DNA from: Alphaproteobacteria bacterium
Lineage (GTDB): Bacteria > Pseudomonadota > Alphaproteobacteria > UBA6615
DNA length: 64,000 nucleotides
Reading direction: 5' to 3'
Assembly: GCA_009694135.1 (NCBI GenBank)
Contig: SHVS01000011.1
Span: 3,972-67,971 of the forward strand
Shown here: piece by piece, positions 30,696-41,433 of the stretch
Layout of the letters: each line of letters begins with the position of its first letter
How positions within the stretch are numbered: the first letter of the stretch is position 1
Made by a program: the position numbers and the translations under genes
The notes under the pieces: generated by a model
What the model saw: the letters and a program-made list of their open reading frames with translations, nothing else
The model's database searches: none
What the model was told of the DNA's origin: nothing

Positions 30696-33128
30696 TTGCT
30701 CCGCAAATTGGTGGTTCGTCTGTTCTGGCTTTTGGGTGCTGTCGCGGTGCTCGCGATCGGTGGCGCGGCGACTGTTGGCTATGTGTTCTGGAAATACGGC
30801 CAGGACCTTCCGGACCATTCGCAACTCGCGACTTATGAGCCGCCGGTGGCGACGCGCGTGTTGACCGGCGACGGCGCCTTGTTGGCCGAATATGCCGTCG
30901 AGCGGCGCGTCTTCGTGCCGGTCGGCGCCATTCCGCCCAGGGTCAAGAACGCCTTCCTGGCCGCCGAGGACCAGCATTTTTACAGTCACTTCGGCATCGA
31001 TCCGATGGGGCTCATGCGTGCCATTGTGACCAATGTGCAAAACGCGGGTAGCGGCCGCCGTCCGATCGGCGCTTCGACCATTACGCAGCAGGTGGCGCAG
31101 GTCTTCCTGATAACGAAGGAAGTGACGATCGAGCGCAAGATCCGCGAGTGGATTCTGGCGATCCGGCTCGAGCGGACCTACACCAAGGACCGTATCCTCG
31201 AACTGTACCTGAACGAAATCTATCTCGGCTATGGCGCCTATGGCGTGGCGGCCGCGGCCCGCAACTACTTCGACAAATCGCTTGAGGATCTGACGGTCGC
31301 CGAAGCGGCCTATCTCGCGGCCCTTCCCAAGGCGCCGAACAACTATCACCCGATCCGCCATACCGATGCCGCCACGACGCGGCGCGACTACGTCATCGAG
31401 CGCATGTTGGAAGACGGCTACATCACGCGCGATGAGGCGGATGCCGCTTCCGCCACGCCACTCGCGGTTTCGCCGCCGGCCGAAGGCGTCGCGGCGGTCA
31501 GCGCCGAATACTTCGCCGAAGAAGTGCGCCGTACCGTTGCCACGCGCTATGGCGAGACCGCGCTGTACAAAGGCGGGCTGACGGTTCGCACGACGCTCGA
31601 CACCCGGATGCAGCGCATCGCCGAGCCGGCGCTGCGCCTCGGGCTGATCGAGTATGACCGGCGCCATGGCTATCGTGGTCCGTTGGGGCGCATCGAGCCT
31701 GCCGATGGCGCGTTTTCACCTGATTGGCCGCAGCGTTTGGCCCAGGTTGCTGTGCCGGCGGGCGCTGACATATTTCGCGTGGCCTTGGTGACCAAGCTCG
31801 ACGCCGAGTCCGCTACTCTTGGCTTCGCTGACGGTGCTGCGGGCACGATACCTCTGGCCGAGTTGAAATGGGCGCGGCGGGCCCGCGAAGGACTGGCGCT
31901 CGGACCCAGCGTGCGGACGCCCGCCGATGCGCTCGCCGTGGGCGAAATCGTTCTGGTCGATCCGCTCTCATCCGACGGGAAACCGGACGCCAAGGCCGAT
32001 CATTACACGCTGCGCCAAGTGCCGCAGGTTTCGGGCGCGATCGTCGCGCTCGATCCGCACACCGGTCGCGTGCTGGCGATGGTCGGCGGCTTCAGCAGCG
32101 CCATCAGCGAGTATAACCGGGCAACTCAGGCACGGCGGCAGCCGGGTTCGGCCTTCAAGCCCTTCGTCTATATGACCGCCCTCGACAATGGATACACGCC
32201 TGCCTCGATCATTCTCGACGCGCCCTTCGTGATCGACCAGGGCGCCCGTCTCGGCATGTGGAAGCCGGACAACTACGAGGACCAGTTCTATGGCCCCTCG
32301 ACCCTGCGCCTCGGCGTCGAGAAATCGCGTAATTTGATGACCGTGCGGCTCGCCCAGTCGGTCGGCATGGACAAGATCGCCGCCACGGCCAAGCGTTTCG
32401 GCGTGGTCGACGATATGCCGGAATATCTGTCGATGGCGCTCGGCTCGGCCGAGACCTCGCTGCTCCGTCTGGCGACCGCCTATGGCATGATCGTCAATGG
32501 CGGCAAGCGGATCGAGCCGACCTTTCTCGATCGCGTGCAGGATCGCTACGGCGTCACGGTCTTTCGCCACGATGGCCGCAATTGCACCGGCTGCCAGCGC
32601 GTCTGGGACAACGGCGAGCCGCCGATTCCCCCCGATCTGCGCCCGCGCGTGATTGGCGCCGACACCGCCTATCAAATGGTGTCGATCTTGCAGGGCGTGG
32701 TCGAGCGCGGCACCGGCAAAATAATTTCCGATCTTGGCCGGCCATTGGCCGGCAAGACGGGCACGACCAACGAAAGCCGCGACAACTGGTTCGTCGGGTT
32801 TTCGCCCGACTTGGTGGTCGGCGTCTATATCGGTTACGACCAGCCGCGTTCGCTCGGTCAGCGCGAAACCGGCGCGGCGACCGCCGCGCCGATCTTCAAG
32901 CGCTTTATGGCCGAAGCCCTCAAGGATGCGCCCAAGACGCCTTTCCGCATTCCGCCCGGCATTCGCCTGGTGCGCGTCAGCGCGGCCACCGGCCAGCCTG
33001 CGAAACCCGGCGATCGCGACGTGATCCTTGAGGCGTTCAAGACCGACCAGGACGCGCCGCGCGAGGCGGCCGCCGGCGGACAGACACCCGGTCCCGCGGG
33101 AGAGAAGCTGCGCGCCGGCCAATACTGA
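30696..33128 (+). CDS. mrcA: penicillin-binding protein 1A (bifunctional glycosyltransferase/transpeptidase)
   Basis: GT51 motifs EDQHFYSHFGID, RKIREW; transpeptidase SAFKPF, SRN, KTGTT. Confidence 0.9.
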   Translation: MLRKLVVRLFWLLGAVAVLAIGGAATVGYVFWKYGQDLPDHSQLATYEPPVATRVLTGDGALLAEYAVERRVFVPVGAIPPRVKNAFLAAEDQHFYSHFGIDPMGLMRAIVTNVQNAGSGRRPIGASTITQQVAQVFLITKEVTIERKIREWILAIRLERTYTKDRILELYLNEIYLGYGAYGVAAAARNYFDKSLEDLTVAEAAYLAALPKAPNNYHPIRHTDAATTRRDYVIERMLEDGYITRDEADAASATPLAVSPPAEGVAAVSAEYFAEEVRRTVATRYGETALYKGGLTVRTTLDTRMQRIAEPALRLGLIEYDRRHGYRGPLGRIEPADGAFSPDWPQRLAQVAVPAGADIFRVALVTKLDAESATLGFADGAAGTIPLAELKWARRAREGLALGPSVRTPADALAVGEIVLVDPLSSDGKPDAKADHYTLRQVPQVSGAIVALDPHTGRVLAMVGGFSSAISEYNRATQARRQPGSAFKPFVYMTALDNGYTPASIILDAPFVIDQGARLGMWKPDNYEDQFYGPSTLRLGVEKSRNLMTVRLAQSVGMDKIAATAKRFGVVDDMPEYLSMALGSAETSLLRLATAYGMIVNGGKRIEPTFLDRVQDRYGVTVFRHDGRNCTGCQRVWDNGEPPIPPDLRPRVIGADTAYQMVSILQGVVERGTGKIISDLGRPLAGKTGTTNESRDNWFVGFSPDLVVGVYIGYDQPRSLGQRETGAATAAPIFKRFMAEALKDAPKTPFRIPPGIRLVRVSAATGQPAKPGDRDVILEAFKTDQDAPREAAAGGQTPGPAGEKLRAGQY

Positions 33129-33219
33129 GCTAGTTCTGCGGCTTGCGGCTCCCACCGAGCCATGACAGGGTGCCGGCGCGCCAAGCCTGACCGAATCCTC
33201 TTTTCGCGAGTGACTGCCG

Positions 33220-34339
33220 ATGCGCGCCGAAATTGCGCAGCTTGCCGATGCCATCCGCAAATCCTTAAGCCTGCTTGGGAGGCACCTTTGACCCGGTGCG
33301 GACCGAAGCGCGACTGAAGGAACTCGAGGCCTTCGCCAGCGACCCCGCATTGTGGAACGATCGTGTGCGCGCGCAAGCGACCATGCGCGAACGCACCCAA
33401 CTCGAACGCGCGCTCAAGCGGTTTCGCGATGTCGAAAGCGAACTCGCCGATCTCGTGGGCTTGATCGAGTTGGGCGAGGCCGAAGCGGATGCATCGGTGG
33501 TGGCGGAGGCCGAGGCCGGGTTGCGCCGGCTCAAGGACCAGACCGCCAAATACGAACTTGAAAGCCTGCTCTCCGGCGAGGCGGACGGCAACGATGCCTA
33601 CGTCGAAATTCACGCTGGCGCCGGCGGCACCGAATCCCAGGACTGGGCCGAGATGCTGCAGCGCATGTATATGCGCTGGGCCGAGGACCACGGCTATAAG
33701 GTCGAAGGCATCGAAGAGAGCCCGGGCGAAGAGGCCGGGATCAAATCGGCCACGCTGCTGATCAGCGGCGAAAATGCCTTCGGTTGGCTCAAGTCGGAAT
33801 CGGGCGTGCATCGGCTGGTGCGTATTTCCCCCTACGACAGTCAGTCGCGCCGCCACACCAGCTTCGCATCGATCTGGGTCTATCCGGTGGTCGATGAAAC
33901 GATCACGATCGAGATCCAGGACAAGGATCTGCGCATCGACACCTATCGCGCCTCGGGCAAGGGCGGGCAGCACGTCAACAAGACCGACAGCGCGGTGCGC
34001 ATCACGCATCTGCCCTCCGGCATTGCGGTCGCCTGCCAAAGCGACCGCTCGCAGCACCGCAACAAGGCGACGGCGATGGCGATGCTGAAAGCGCGGCTGT
34101 ACGAGGTTGAACTGCGCAAGCGCGAGGAAGCGGCGCAGGCGGTCGAGGCGAGCAAGACCGAGATCGGCTGGGGCCGGCAGATCCGCAGCTATGTGCTGCA
34201 GCCTTATCAGATGGTGAAAGACCTCCGTACCGGGGTCGAAACGAGCCAGACCGGCGCGGTGCTCGACGGTGATATCGACCGCTTCCTCGAAGCCTCGCTG
34301 GCGCAGAAGATCACCTCGACGCACGCCGTCGAGGGGTGA
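33220..34339 (+). CDS. prfB: peptide chain release factor 2, requires programmed +1 ribosomal frameshift at CTT TGA C (33286-33292)
   Basis: Frame 0 atg(33220) [23 protein letters not shown] then TGA; +1 frame continues [13 protein letters not shown]...SPGA...[13 protein letters not shown] (GGQ motif); SD-like GGGAGG lies 3 nt before CTT. Confidence 0.9.
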
Positions 34340-34363
34340 CCGTCGGTCGCCTTCCAGCGCGCG

Positions 34364-34780
34364 TCAAGGCGGCGTCAGGCGGTCCCACAGACACAACTCG
34401 CCGCCCGTCTCGCGTTCGAGATAGGCGATTACGTTCTCCCGTTCCGTTTTATCGGCGATACCGGCGAAACCCATGCGCGTGCCGCGGACATTGGCGAGCG
34501 GGGAGGTCAAAAACTTGTCTAATCTGTCGCGGGTCCAGGTGATCCCGGAGACTTTCAGCGCGGCGGAATAGGTCGGATAGCGCATGTGCCCGGCGGCCTT
34601 GCGGCCCATAACGCCGCATAGGCTGGGGCCAATCGCGGCGGTGTTGTTCTCTTGCGGGTGGCAGGTGATACAGTCCTGCCCGGCGATGCCGAATTGCACC
34701 TTGCCCTTGTCCGCATCGGTCGCACCTGCCGGCGCACTCGCGATCAGGAGCGCGAGGGTAAACGTGGCCGCGCGCATCAC
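34364..34780 (-). CDS. class I cytochrome c (c2/c550-like)
   Basis: Signal peptide, heme-binding CITCH. Confidence 0.75.
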   Translation of the reverse strand: MMRAATFTLALLIASAPAGATDADKGKVQFGIAGQDCITCHPQENNTAAIGPSLCGVMGRKAAGHMRYPTYSAALKVSGITWTRDRLDKFLTSPLANVRGTRMGFAGIADKTERENVIAYLERETGGELCLWDRLTPP

Positions 34781-35241
34781 AGCGCCTTCACCGCCGCCAA
34801 CACCTCATCGACATGGCCGGGCAGCTTGACGTAGCGCCACGCCTTGCGCAGCACGCCCTTGCCGTCGATCAGGAATGTCGAGCGCACCACGCCCATGAAG
34901 GTGCGGCCGTACATTGTGCGCTCGCCCCAGGCGCCATAGGCCGCGCAGACCTTGCCGTCCTCGTCGCTCGCCAAGGGGAACGGCAATTCGTATTTTGCCT
35001 TGAACTTGTCGTGGCTGCCGACGCTGTCACGCGAGATGCCGACGATCGCCGCCTTGACCTTGGCAAAGTCGGGCAGCAGGTCGCGAAACTCGCACGCCTC
35101 CTTGGTGCAGCCCGGCGTGTCGTCTTTCGGATAGAAATACAACACAAGCGGCCGCCCCTTGTAATCAGACAGCGATACTTTCCCGCCGCCGTCGCTCGGC
35201 AGGGAAAATGCCGGCGCCTTGTCGCCTTCCTTGATGCTCAT
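34777..35241 (-). CDS. bcp: peroxiredoxin Bcp (thiol peroxidase)
   Basis: MSIKEGDKAPAFSLP...FYPKDDTPGCTKEAC peroxidatic Cys motif; internal ATG of listed ORF 34777..35643. Confidence 0.88.
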   Translation of the reverse strand: MSIKEGDKAPAFSLPSDGGGKVSLSDYKGRPLVLYFYPKDDTPGCTKEACEFRDLLPDFAKVKAAIVGISRDSVGSHDKFKAKYELPFPLASDEDGKVCAAYGAWGERTMYGRTFMGVVRSTFLIDGKGVLRKAWRYVKLPGHVDEVLAAVKAL

Positions 35242-37880
35242 GTCGGTTTGCTTCCAGTTACAGCCGGGCCTTCGATCAGCTCGGCGTAAATCTGCCGTAT
35301 GCGCGCCGCGACCGCCAGCATCTTGGCGCCGAGCGTCGCAAAATCCTTTGCCTCGCCGGCGCGCGCGAGCGCCTGGCGCAGCGCGGGCGGCCAGCTGTGC
35401 TCGTCGTCCGTGTTTGTCGCGGTCAGCCGCAGCCAGGCTTGCAGAGTGAGCCACAGCCGGGTGGCGGCGATCAACTCCTCGGCCATGGGCGGCGCGAGAA
35501 CGCCAGCTTCCGCCAGGCGGCGAAAGGCGCCATGCGTGCTGGTAGAGAGCACCGCGGGGCGGGCATGGGCGTGCAGCAGTTGCAATGCCTGAGCGATGAA
35601 CTCGCAATCGACCAGCCCGCCGCGGACATGCTTGATTTGCCACGGGTTGTCGCTGTGATGCTCGGCGTCGATGCGCAGGCGCATCTCGGCGACCGCGAGC
35701 AGCAGCGCGGGCGCTGCGCGCTCCATGGTCAGGACGGCAAGCAAGGCTGCGTCGATGCGGGTTTCCATGTCGCCCTCAGCGTAGGCGACGCGCGCGCCGG
35801 TAAGCGCCATGCGCTCCCATGTCCAGGCCTGCGAGCGCGCATAATCGCGAAAGCCATCGAGCGTCGAGGCAAGCGGGCCGGCGTTGCCTTGCGGGCGCAG
35901 GCGCAGATCGACCTCGAACAGCTTGCCCTCGCCGGTCGGGCTGGTGAAGGCGGCAATCAGCCTTTGCGCGAAGCGCTGGTAGAAATGCATCGCCGAAAGC
36001 GGCTGCTTGCCGTCGGAGCGCGTCTCGGCCGGAGCGTCATAGAGCAGCACGAGGTCAAGGTCCGAGCCGGCGGTCAGCTCGCGGCTACCGTATTTCCCCA
36101 GCGCCAGCACGGCGAAATGCCCACCCGGGACGCGTCCGTGCGCCTTGGCCAGTTCTTGCGCGACGCGCGGCACGAGCGCGACGAGAAGCGCGTCGACCAG
36201 ATCACTGGTGGCGCGTCCGGCGGCCTCTGTATTGGCCAAGCCACGCAGCCACAGAACCCCAATGCGGAAGCGCTCGTCATTGGCGAAGCGACGCGCGATG
36301 TCGAGCACGTCCTGCATGTCGTCCGCTGGCGCGAGCCGCGCCTCCAGCGCCGGCACAAGATCTGACTTGGTCGACAGCGGGGCGAAGAATTCACGGTCGA
36401 GCACCGCATCCAGGAGGCCCGGGTTACGCGCCAGCATCTCGGCTAGGCGCGGCGCCAAGCCCATGATTTCCGCCACCAAGTCGAGCAGCGCCGGGTTGGC
36501 GGCGAACAAGGCGAAGAGCTGCACGCCGGATGGAAGCTCGCCGAGGAATGGGTCGAAGCGCAGCAATGCTTGCGTCGGTTCGATGGTGCGCGCGAGCGCG
36601 GCAAGCAGTTGGGGCGTGAGTTCGGTCAGCAATTCGCGTGCGCGCGCCGAGCGCATCGCGCGATAGCGGCCACGATGCCAGTTCTGCACCGTCGTCGATA
36701 CGGCGACCGGATCGGCATAACCGAGGTGGGCGAGGGTCGCCAAGGTTTCCGGGTCGTGCTCGGTGCCGGTGAACACCAGGCTGCCGGAGCCGGCCAGCGG
36801 GCTTTCTTCCTCGAACAAATGGGCGAATGACCGCGCCACGGTCTCTAGTTGGCCGAGCAGATCGCGGCGGAACCCGTCCGCCGTTTCATAGCCAAGAAAG
36901 CGCGCGAAGCCGGCGATTCCCGCCGGCGTGTTTGGTAGCGTGTGCGTCTGCCGGTCATCGACCATCTGCAGCCGGTGTTCCACACGGCGCAGAAAGCGAT
37001 AGGCGCGGGTCAGACGCTCGGCTTCGGCGGGGTCCAAACGCCCGGCGGCGACCAGCGTAGCCAAGCCTTCGAGGGTGCCGCGCAGGCGCAAGCGAGGTTC
37101 GCGCCCGCCCCAGATAAGCTGCTGCGTCTGCACAAAGAACTCGATCTCGCGGATGCCACCGCGGCCGAGCTTCACGTTGTGGCCTTCGACGGCGATCTGT
37201 CCGCCGCCCTTGTGGGCGACGATCTGGCGCTTGATCGAATGAATGTCGGCGATCGCGGCGAAATCCAGGTGCTTGCGCCACAGATAGGGACGCAACGCCT
37301 TGAGAAAGGCCTCGCCCACCGCCCAATCGCCGGCAACCGGGCGCGCCTTGATCATCGCCGCGCGCTCCAAATTCTGTCCGGCCGACTCGTAATAATTTTC
37401 GGCCGCCACGGTCGAGAGCGCGAGCGGCGTCGCGCCCGGGTCAGGGCGCAGGCGCAGATCGGTGCGAAAGACATAGCCTTCGGCGGTCCGCTCATCGAGC
37501 AGGCGCATGACGTCGCGCGTCAGGCGGACGCAGAAGCTTTGCGGCTCGCCGTCGCGCAGCGGCGGCAGGCGCACGGGATCAAACAGCGCGATCAGGTCGA
37601 TGTCGCTTGAATAATTGAGTTCATGCGCCCCGAGCTTGCCTAGGCCAAGGATCACATAGCCGCAAGCACGCTCCGGCTCCGCCGGATACGGCAGAGTGAT
37701 TTCGCCGCGCCGCGCCCGCGCGCGGAGGAGACCGGCCAGCGCCGCGCGCAACGCGAGTTCGGCGATGCGGCTCAAACGTCGCGTTACCTCGTCGACCGTC
37801 CACAGGCCGGTAATATCGGCGAATGCTATGGCCAGGGCGGCGCGTCGCTTGGCATTGCGCAAAGCCGCACCGAGCCCCAC
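35238..37880 (-). CDS. glnE: glutamine synthetase adenylyltransferase/adenylyl-removing enzyme GlnE, main 880-codon segment (gene interrupted upstream by in-frame TAA)
   Basis: Two nucleotidyltransferase domains (GKLGAHELNYSSDIDLI and GKYGSRELTAGSDLDLV); the listed start is a GTG directly downstream of an in-frame stop. Confidence 0.85.
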   Translation of the reverse strand: MGLGAALRNAKRRAALAIAFADITGLWTVDEVTRRLSRIAELALRAALAGLLRARARRGEITLPYPAEPERACGYVILGLGKLGAHELNYSSDIDLIALFDPVRLPPLRDGEPQSFCVRLTRDVMRLLDERTAEGYVFRTDLRLRPDPGATPLALSTVAAENYYESAGQNLERAAMIKARPVAGDWAVGEAFLKALRPYLWRKHLDFAAIADIHSIKRQIVAHKGGGQIAVEGHNVKLGRGGIREIEFFVQTQQLIWGGREPRLRLRGTLEGLATLVAAGRLDPAEAERLTRAYRFLRRVEHRLQMVDDRQTHTLPNTPAGIAGFARFLGYETADGFRRDLLGQLETVARSFAHLFEEESPLAGSGSLVFTGTEHDPETLATLAHLGYADPVAVSTTVQNWHRGRYRAMRSARARELLTELTPQLLAALARTIEPTQALLRFDPFLGELPSGVQLFALFAANPALLDLVAEIMGLAPRLAEMLARNPGLLDAVLDREFFAPLSTKSDLVPALEARLAPADDMQDVLDIARRFANDERFRIGVLWLRGLANTEAAGRATSDLVDALLVALVPRVAQELAKAHGRVPGGHFAVLALGKYGSRELTAGSDLDLVLLYDAPAETRSDGKQPLSAMHFYQRFAQRLIAAFTSPTGEGKLFEVDLRLRPQGNAGPLASTLDGFRDYARSQAWTWERMALTGARVAYAEGDMETRIDAALLAVLTMERAAPALLLAVAEMRLRIDAEHHSDNPWQIKHVRGGLVDCEFIAQALQLLHAHARPAVLSTSTHGAFRRLAEAGVLAPPMAEELIAATRLWLTLQAWLRLTATNTDDEHSWPPALRQALARAGEAKDFATLGAKMLAVAARIRQIYAELIEGPAVTGSKPT

Positions 37881-38186
37881 GTATTCGGCATCGGCGGCGG
37901 CCCTGAGCTCGGCCTCGACTGCCTTGATTGCGGGGTCGACCTCGCCTTAAAGGAGGCGGCGCGAAAGAGCGAATTCTTGGATGAAAAGCTGTCCGAGGAA
38001 CGGACTGCCGCCAAATATGCCCTCCAGCAGGGTGCGCGTTGACTTTGTATTAAGGGCGCGCCGCGCAAAACTAAGCGCACGCTTGGCGCGCGCGGCATCA
38101 AGCCAATGATCGAGGCCGACGGCTGCCAGCGCCGGATCGGCCGGCAAGGGCAGTTGGCTGGGGTCGTGATCGTGGGCCGGGAGCAT
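37881..38186 (-). other. glnE: N-terminal ~100 codons of glnE, separated from the main ORF by one in-frame TAA (37947-37949)
   Basis: ORF 37947..38186 (MLPAHD...LLEGIFGGSPFLGQLFIQEFALSRRLL*) is in the same frame as 35238..37880; the 22 codons between them have no stop; combined length ~982 codons matches full-length GlnE. Confidence 0.6.
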
Positions 38187-38267
38187 GCGATGCGATTTCC
38201 TCGCACTTACGGTCGAGCCAAGTATAATCTTTAGAGCCTGGCGTTACATGAGGTTGGTCATAGAACG

Positions 38268-41200
38268 GTGAGACAGCTTCGGCACGCCCGTATCCTGTTC
38301 GATATCACGCTCGTTTTGGGCCTGATCGTCAGCACAGGCATATTCGTCCTCGCCGCCCGTTTGGCTCAGGGGCCGATCCGGCTCGCCAGCCTGCGGCCCT
38401 ATGTCGAGCAAGCGCTTAATCCTGCTGGACAGCCCTTCACCGTAATTTTGGGCGAGGCGGGACTCGCTTGGAACGCGCGCGAGCTGGCGTTCGACATACG
38501 GGCCGATGATGTCCAGATATTCGGGACCGACCAGGCGCTCAAGGTCCGGCTGCCCGAGTTGTCGATCCGCATCAGTTTGACGGCGCTCTTGGAAGGCCGC
38601 TTGGCGCCTTCGAGCATCGGTATCGAGGGCGCCCGACTCCATGTCGTTCGCCGCGAAGATAACACTTTCGATCTCGACCTCGGCACCGAGACGGGCGACA
38701 GCGATGGCGTCATGCCGGCGCTGCTTGCCGATTTGCTTGGTCAGGGTGATGGCCGGGCCAGCGCCCTAACGCGCGTAACCATCACCAAAGGGGCGCTGGT
38801 CGTCGAGGACCGCGCGCGTGGGGCGGCTTGGGCCGCGCAAGGCGTGAACATCGACTTACGCCGCGGAAGCGAAGGCATTGCCATCGCGGCGGCGGCGACG
38901 GTCGAGGCCGGTGGCCTCGGCGGCAAGATCACGGTCGCGGGCTATTACGACCCGGCGCGCGGCGGTGCGCGGTTGAACCTATCCTTCGCCGGCTTGGCGC
39001 CGCGCCTGCTGGCGATGATTGAGCCACAGCTGAGCGAGCTCGAGCGCATCGACCTGCTGCTTGGCGGCACCTTATCGCTGGCCTTCGACCGCTCTTTCCT
39101 GCCGGTCGGTGCGCGGCTCGATTTGCGCGGTGGGGCGGGGATGATCTTCGCGCGTGAGTTTTATGCCGATCCGGTCCCGGTGACTGGCATCGGGCTGCGC
39201 GCCGAGGTCGTGGATGGCTTCACTCGGCTGCTGGTCGAGGACGCACGCATCGAACGGGGTGAAACGATCCTGCGTGTCTCCGGTTGGGCGCAGCGCAGAG
39301 GGGGCGTCCTAGGCCTCGATCTCGACGCCGAGGTGACCGCTATGCCGATCAATGAGATGGCGGATCTCTGGCCGGTCGGCGTCGCGCCGGACGCGCGCAA
39401 CTGGACGACCAGCAATATTCGCGACGGGCGCGTGGTGAGCGCGACCGTACATTTGGCCGGCTCCGGGCCGGCCGACACCCCGGCGGAACTCAAAGTGAGC
39501 GATGTCCACGGCCGGATCGAAGCGCAGGGCGTGAGCGTTCATTACCTGCGGCCGATGCGGCCGGTCGTCGGCGTCGATGGCGTGGCGGAGTTCGATCGCC
39601 AGCACTTTCTGATTCGCACGAAGGGCGGCTCAATCGGTGCCATTAAAATCGAAAAAGGGCAGGTCGAGCTGCTCAACCTCGATCAGCGCGATCGTGAGCG
39701 GGCCAAGATCGTCACCACCGTCAGCGGTCTGACGCGCGAGGCGCTGACGTTGATCGACGAAAAGCCGCTCGGTTTCGCCCATGCGATCGGCCTCAAACCG
39801 GCTGCGGCGGCTGGAACGCATGTGACCGAGGTGACGCTTGAACTTCCGCTTTCGCTGAATTTGCCCCTTGCCGACCTGACGGTGCGCGCGGACGCCCGTC
39901 TATCCGGTTTCGCCATGCCGGACGTCGCCTTCGGGCATGCGGTCGACAAGGGCGAGCTGCGCGCCTTGGTCGATAAGGAGCATATCGAGTTGACGGGCGG
40001 GCTGCGGCTCGCCGGCACGCAGTTTGACGTGCGCTATACGCGCGCCTTCGCGGCCAAGGCGACGGTGCAACAGAAAGTCAGCGCCACCGGCCTGCTCGGG
40101 CCGGAATCGCTGGCGCAGCTCGGCATCGATGTCTCGCCTTATATGTCCGGCGCGGTTAATGCCGCGATCGATTACGAGGAGCGGGTGAATGCCGTCGGCG
40201 TGGGCGCGGTGACGCTCGACCTTGCCCCGGCCCAGCTTACGGAGCCGCTGACCGACTGGAAAAAGCCGGCGGGCATGCCAGGCAAGGCAAGTTTTCGCTT
40301 CGAGACACGCGCCGGCCGGCTTGTGCGGGTGCCGGCTTTCGCCGCTGATGGCGAAGGTTTGAGCATCAAGGGCGCCGCCAGTTTTCGTGACAAGAAAGGC
40401 GAACAGTCGCTGGCGCAGCTTGACCTCGATCACTTGGTGCTCGGCGCCACGGACATGCACGCCAAGCTGGTACGCGCGGATGATGATGCGTGGTCGATTT
40501 CTCTTGGCGGAACCCGCTTGGATGTTGCCGCCGTTTTAGCCAAGGCAAAGGCCGCGCCGGCGGCTGAAGCGGATAAGGCGGGCGCGGGTCTGTCGCAGCT
40601 GCCGCCGCTGCAGATTGAAATCGCGGCCGACGCTCCGCTTGGTGAGCTGCGCGTCTCGGATGTCGCATCGATCCATGCGCTGAGTGGCAGCGCCGCCTAT
40701 GACGGGACCCGTTGGACGCCGGTCATGCTCGAAGGAAAGATCGGGAGCGGCGCGATCCATGTGCAGGTCGCCGACGCTGGCGATGGCCGCAGACTGCTGA
40801 TTGATGCCGAGGACGCCGCCGCCGCCATCGGGCTCATCGGCATCAGCGAAGGTCTGGCCGAGGGCGAGTTGAAAATCGTCGGGCGTTACGACGACAAAGA
40901 CGCGGCGCAACCGCTCGAAGGACGCATTGCGATAGCCAAACTGCGCGTGACCAAGGCATCAACCCTGGCGCAGATCCTCACGCTCGCTTCGCTCACGGGG
41001 ATCGGCAATACTCTTTCTGGCCGCGGGGTCGAATTTGAAGCGGTGGTCGTGCCCTTTCACCTCACCGACGCCGCCGTCGTGATCAAGGACGCGCGCGTGG
41101 TCGGCTCGGCACTTGGCATCAGCGGCAGCGGCCGCATTGACCGCAAGGCGGAAACCATCGCCTTCGAGGGCGAACTTGTCCCTGCCTATACGCTGAACAA

Positions 41201-41426
41201 TCTGGTGAGCCGGGTTCCAATTCTGGGCAGATTATTGACCGGCGGCGCCGATGGGCTGTTTGCCGCCACCTATCGCGTCGAGGGACCGCTGGCCGATCCC
41301 AAGGTCTCGGTCAATCCGTTGTCGGTACTTACGCCGGGATTCGCCCGTGTGATCATCGAGCAACTTACCGCGCCGACGCCAATCGAGGGCGTCCCACCGG
41401 CAGGGCCCACGCGGCGCGAAGAATAA
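38268..41426 (+). CDS. AsmA-family / YhdP-like large envelope protein (DUF3971-type)
   Basis: 1052 aa, N-terminal TM anchor, long beta-rich periplasmic region; divergent from glnE as in other alphaproteobacteria. Confidence 0.65.
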   Translation: MRQLRHARILFDITLVLGLIVSTGIFVLAARLAQGPIRLASLRPYVEQALNPAGQPFTVILGEAGLAWNARELAFDIRADDVQIFGTDQALKVRLPELSIRISLTALLEGRLAPSSIGIEGARLHVVRREDNTFDLDLGTETGDSDGVMPALLADLLGQGDGRASALTRVTITKGALVVEDRARGAAWAAQGVNIDLRRGSEGIAIAAAATVEAGGLGGKITVAGYYDPARGGARLNLSFAGLAPRLLAMIEPQLSELERIDLLLGGTLSLAFDRSFLPVGARLDLRGGAGMIFAREFYADPVPVTGIGLRAEVVDGFTRLLVEDARIERGETILRVSGWAQRRGGVLGLDLDAEVTAMPINEMADLWPVGVAPDARNWTTSNIRDGRVVSATVHLAGSGPADTPAELKVSDVHGRIEAQGVSVHYLRPMRPVVGVDGVAEFDRQHFLIRTKGGSIGAIKIEKGQVELLNLDQRDRERAKIVTTVSGLTREALTLIDEKPLGFAHAIGLKPAAAAGTHVTEVTLELPLSLNLPLADLTVRADARLSGFAMPDVAFGHAVDKGELRALVDKEHIELTGGLRLAGTQFDVRYTRAFAAKATVQQKVSATGLLGPESLAQLGIDVSPYMSGAVNAAIDYEERVNAVGVGAVTLDLAPAQLTEPLTDWKKPAGMPGKASFRFETRAGRLVRVPAFAADGEGLSIKGAASFRDKKGEQSLAQLDLDHLVLGATDMHAKLVRADDDAWSISLGGTRLDVAAVLAKAKAAPAAEADKAGAGLSQLPPLQIEIAADAPLGELRVSDVASIHALSGSAAYDGTRWTPVMLEGKIGSGAIHVQVADAGDGRRLLIDAEDAAAAIGLIGISEGLAEGELKIVGRYDDKDAAQPLEGRIAIAKLRVTKASTLAQILTLASLTGIGNTLSGRGVEFEAVVVPFHLTDAAVVIKDARVVGSALGISGSGRIDRKAETIAFEGELVPAYTLNNLVSRVPILGRLLTGGADGLFAATYRVEGPLADPKVSVNPLSVLTPGFARVIIEQLTAPTPIEGVPPAGPTRREE

Positions 41427-41433
41427 CCCAGGC

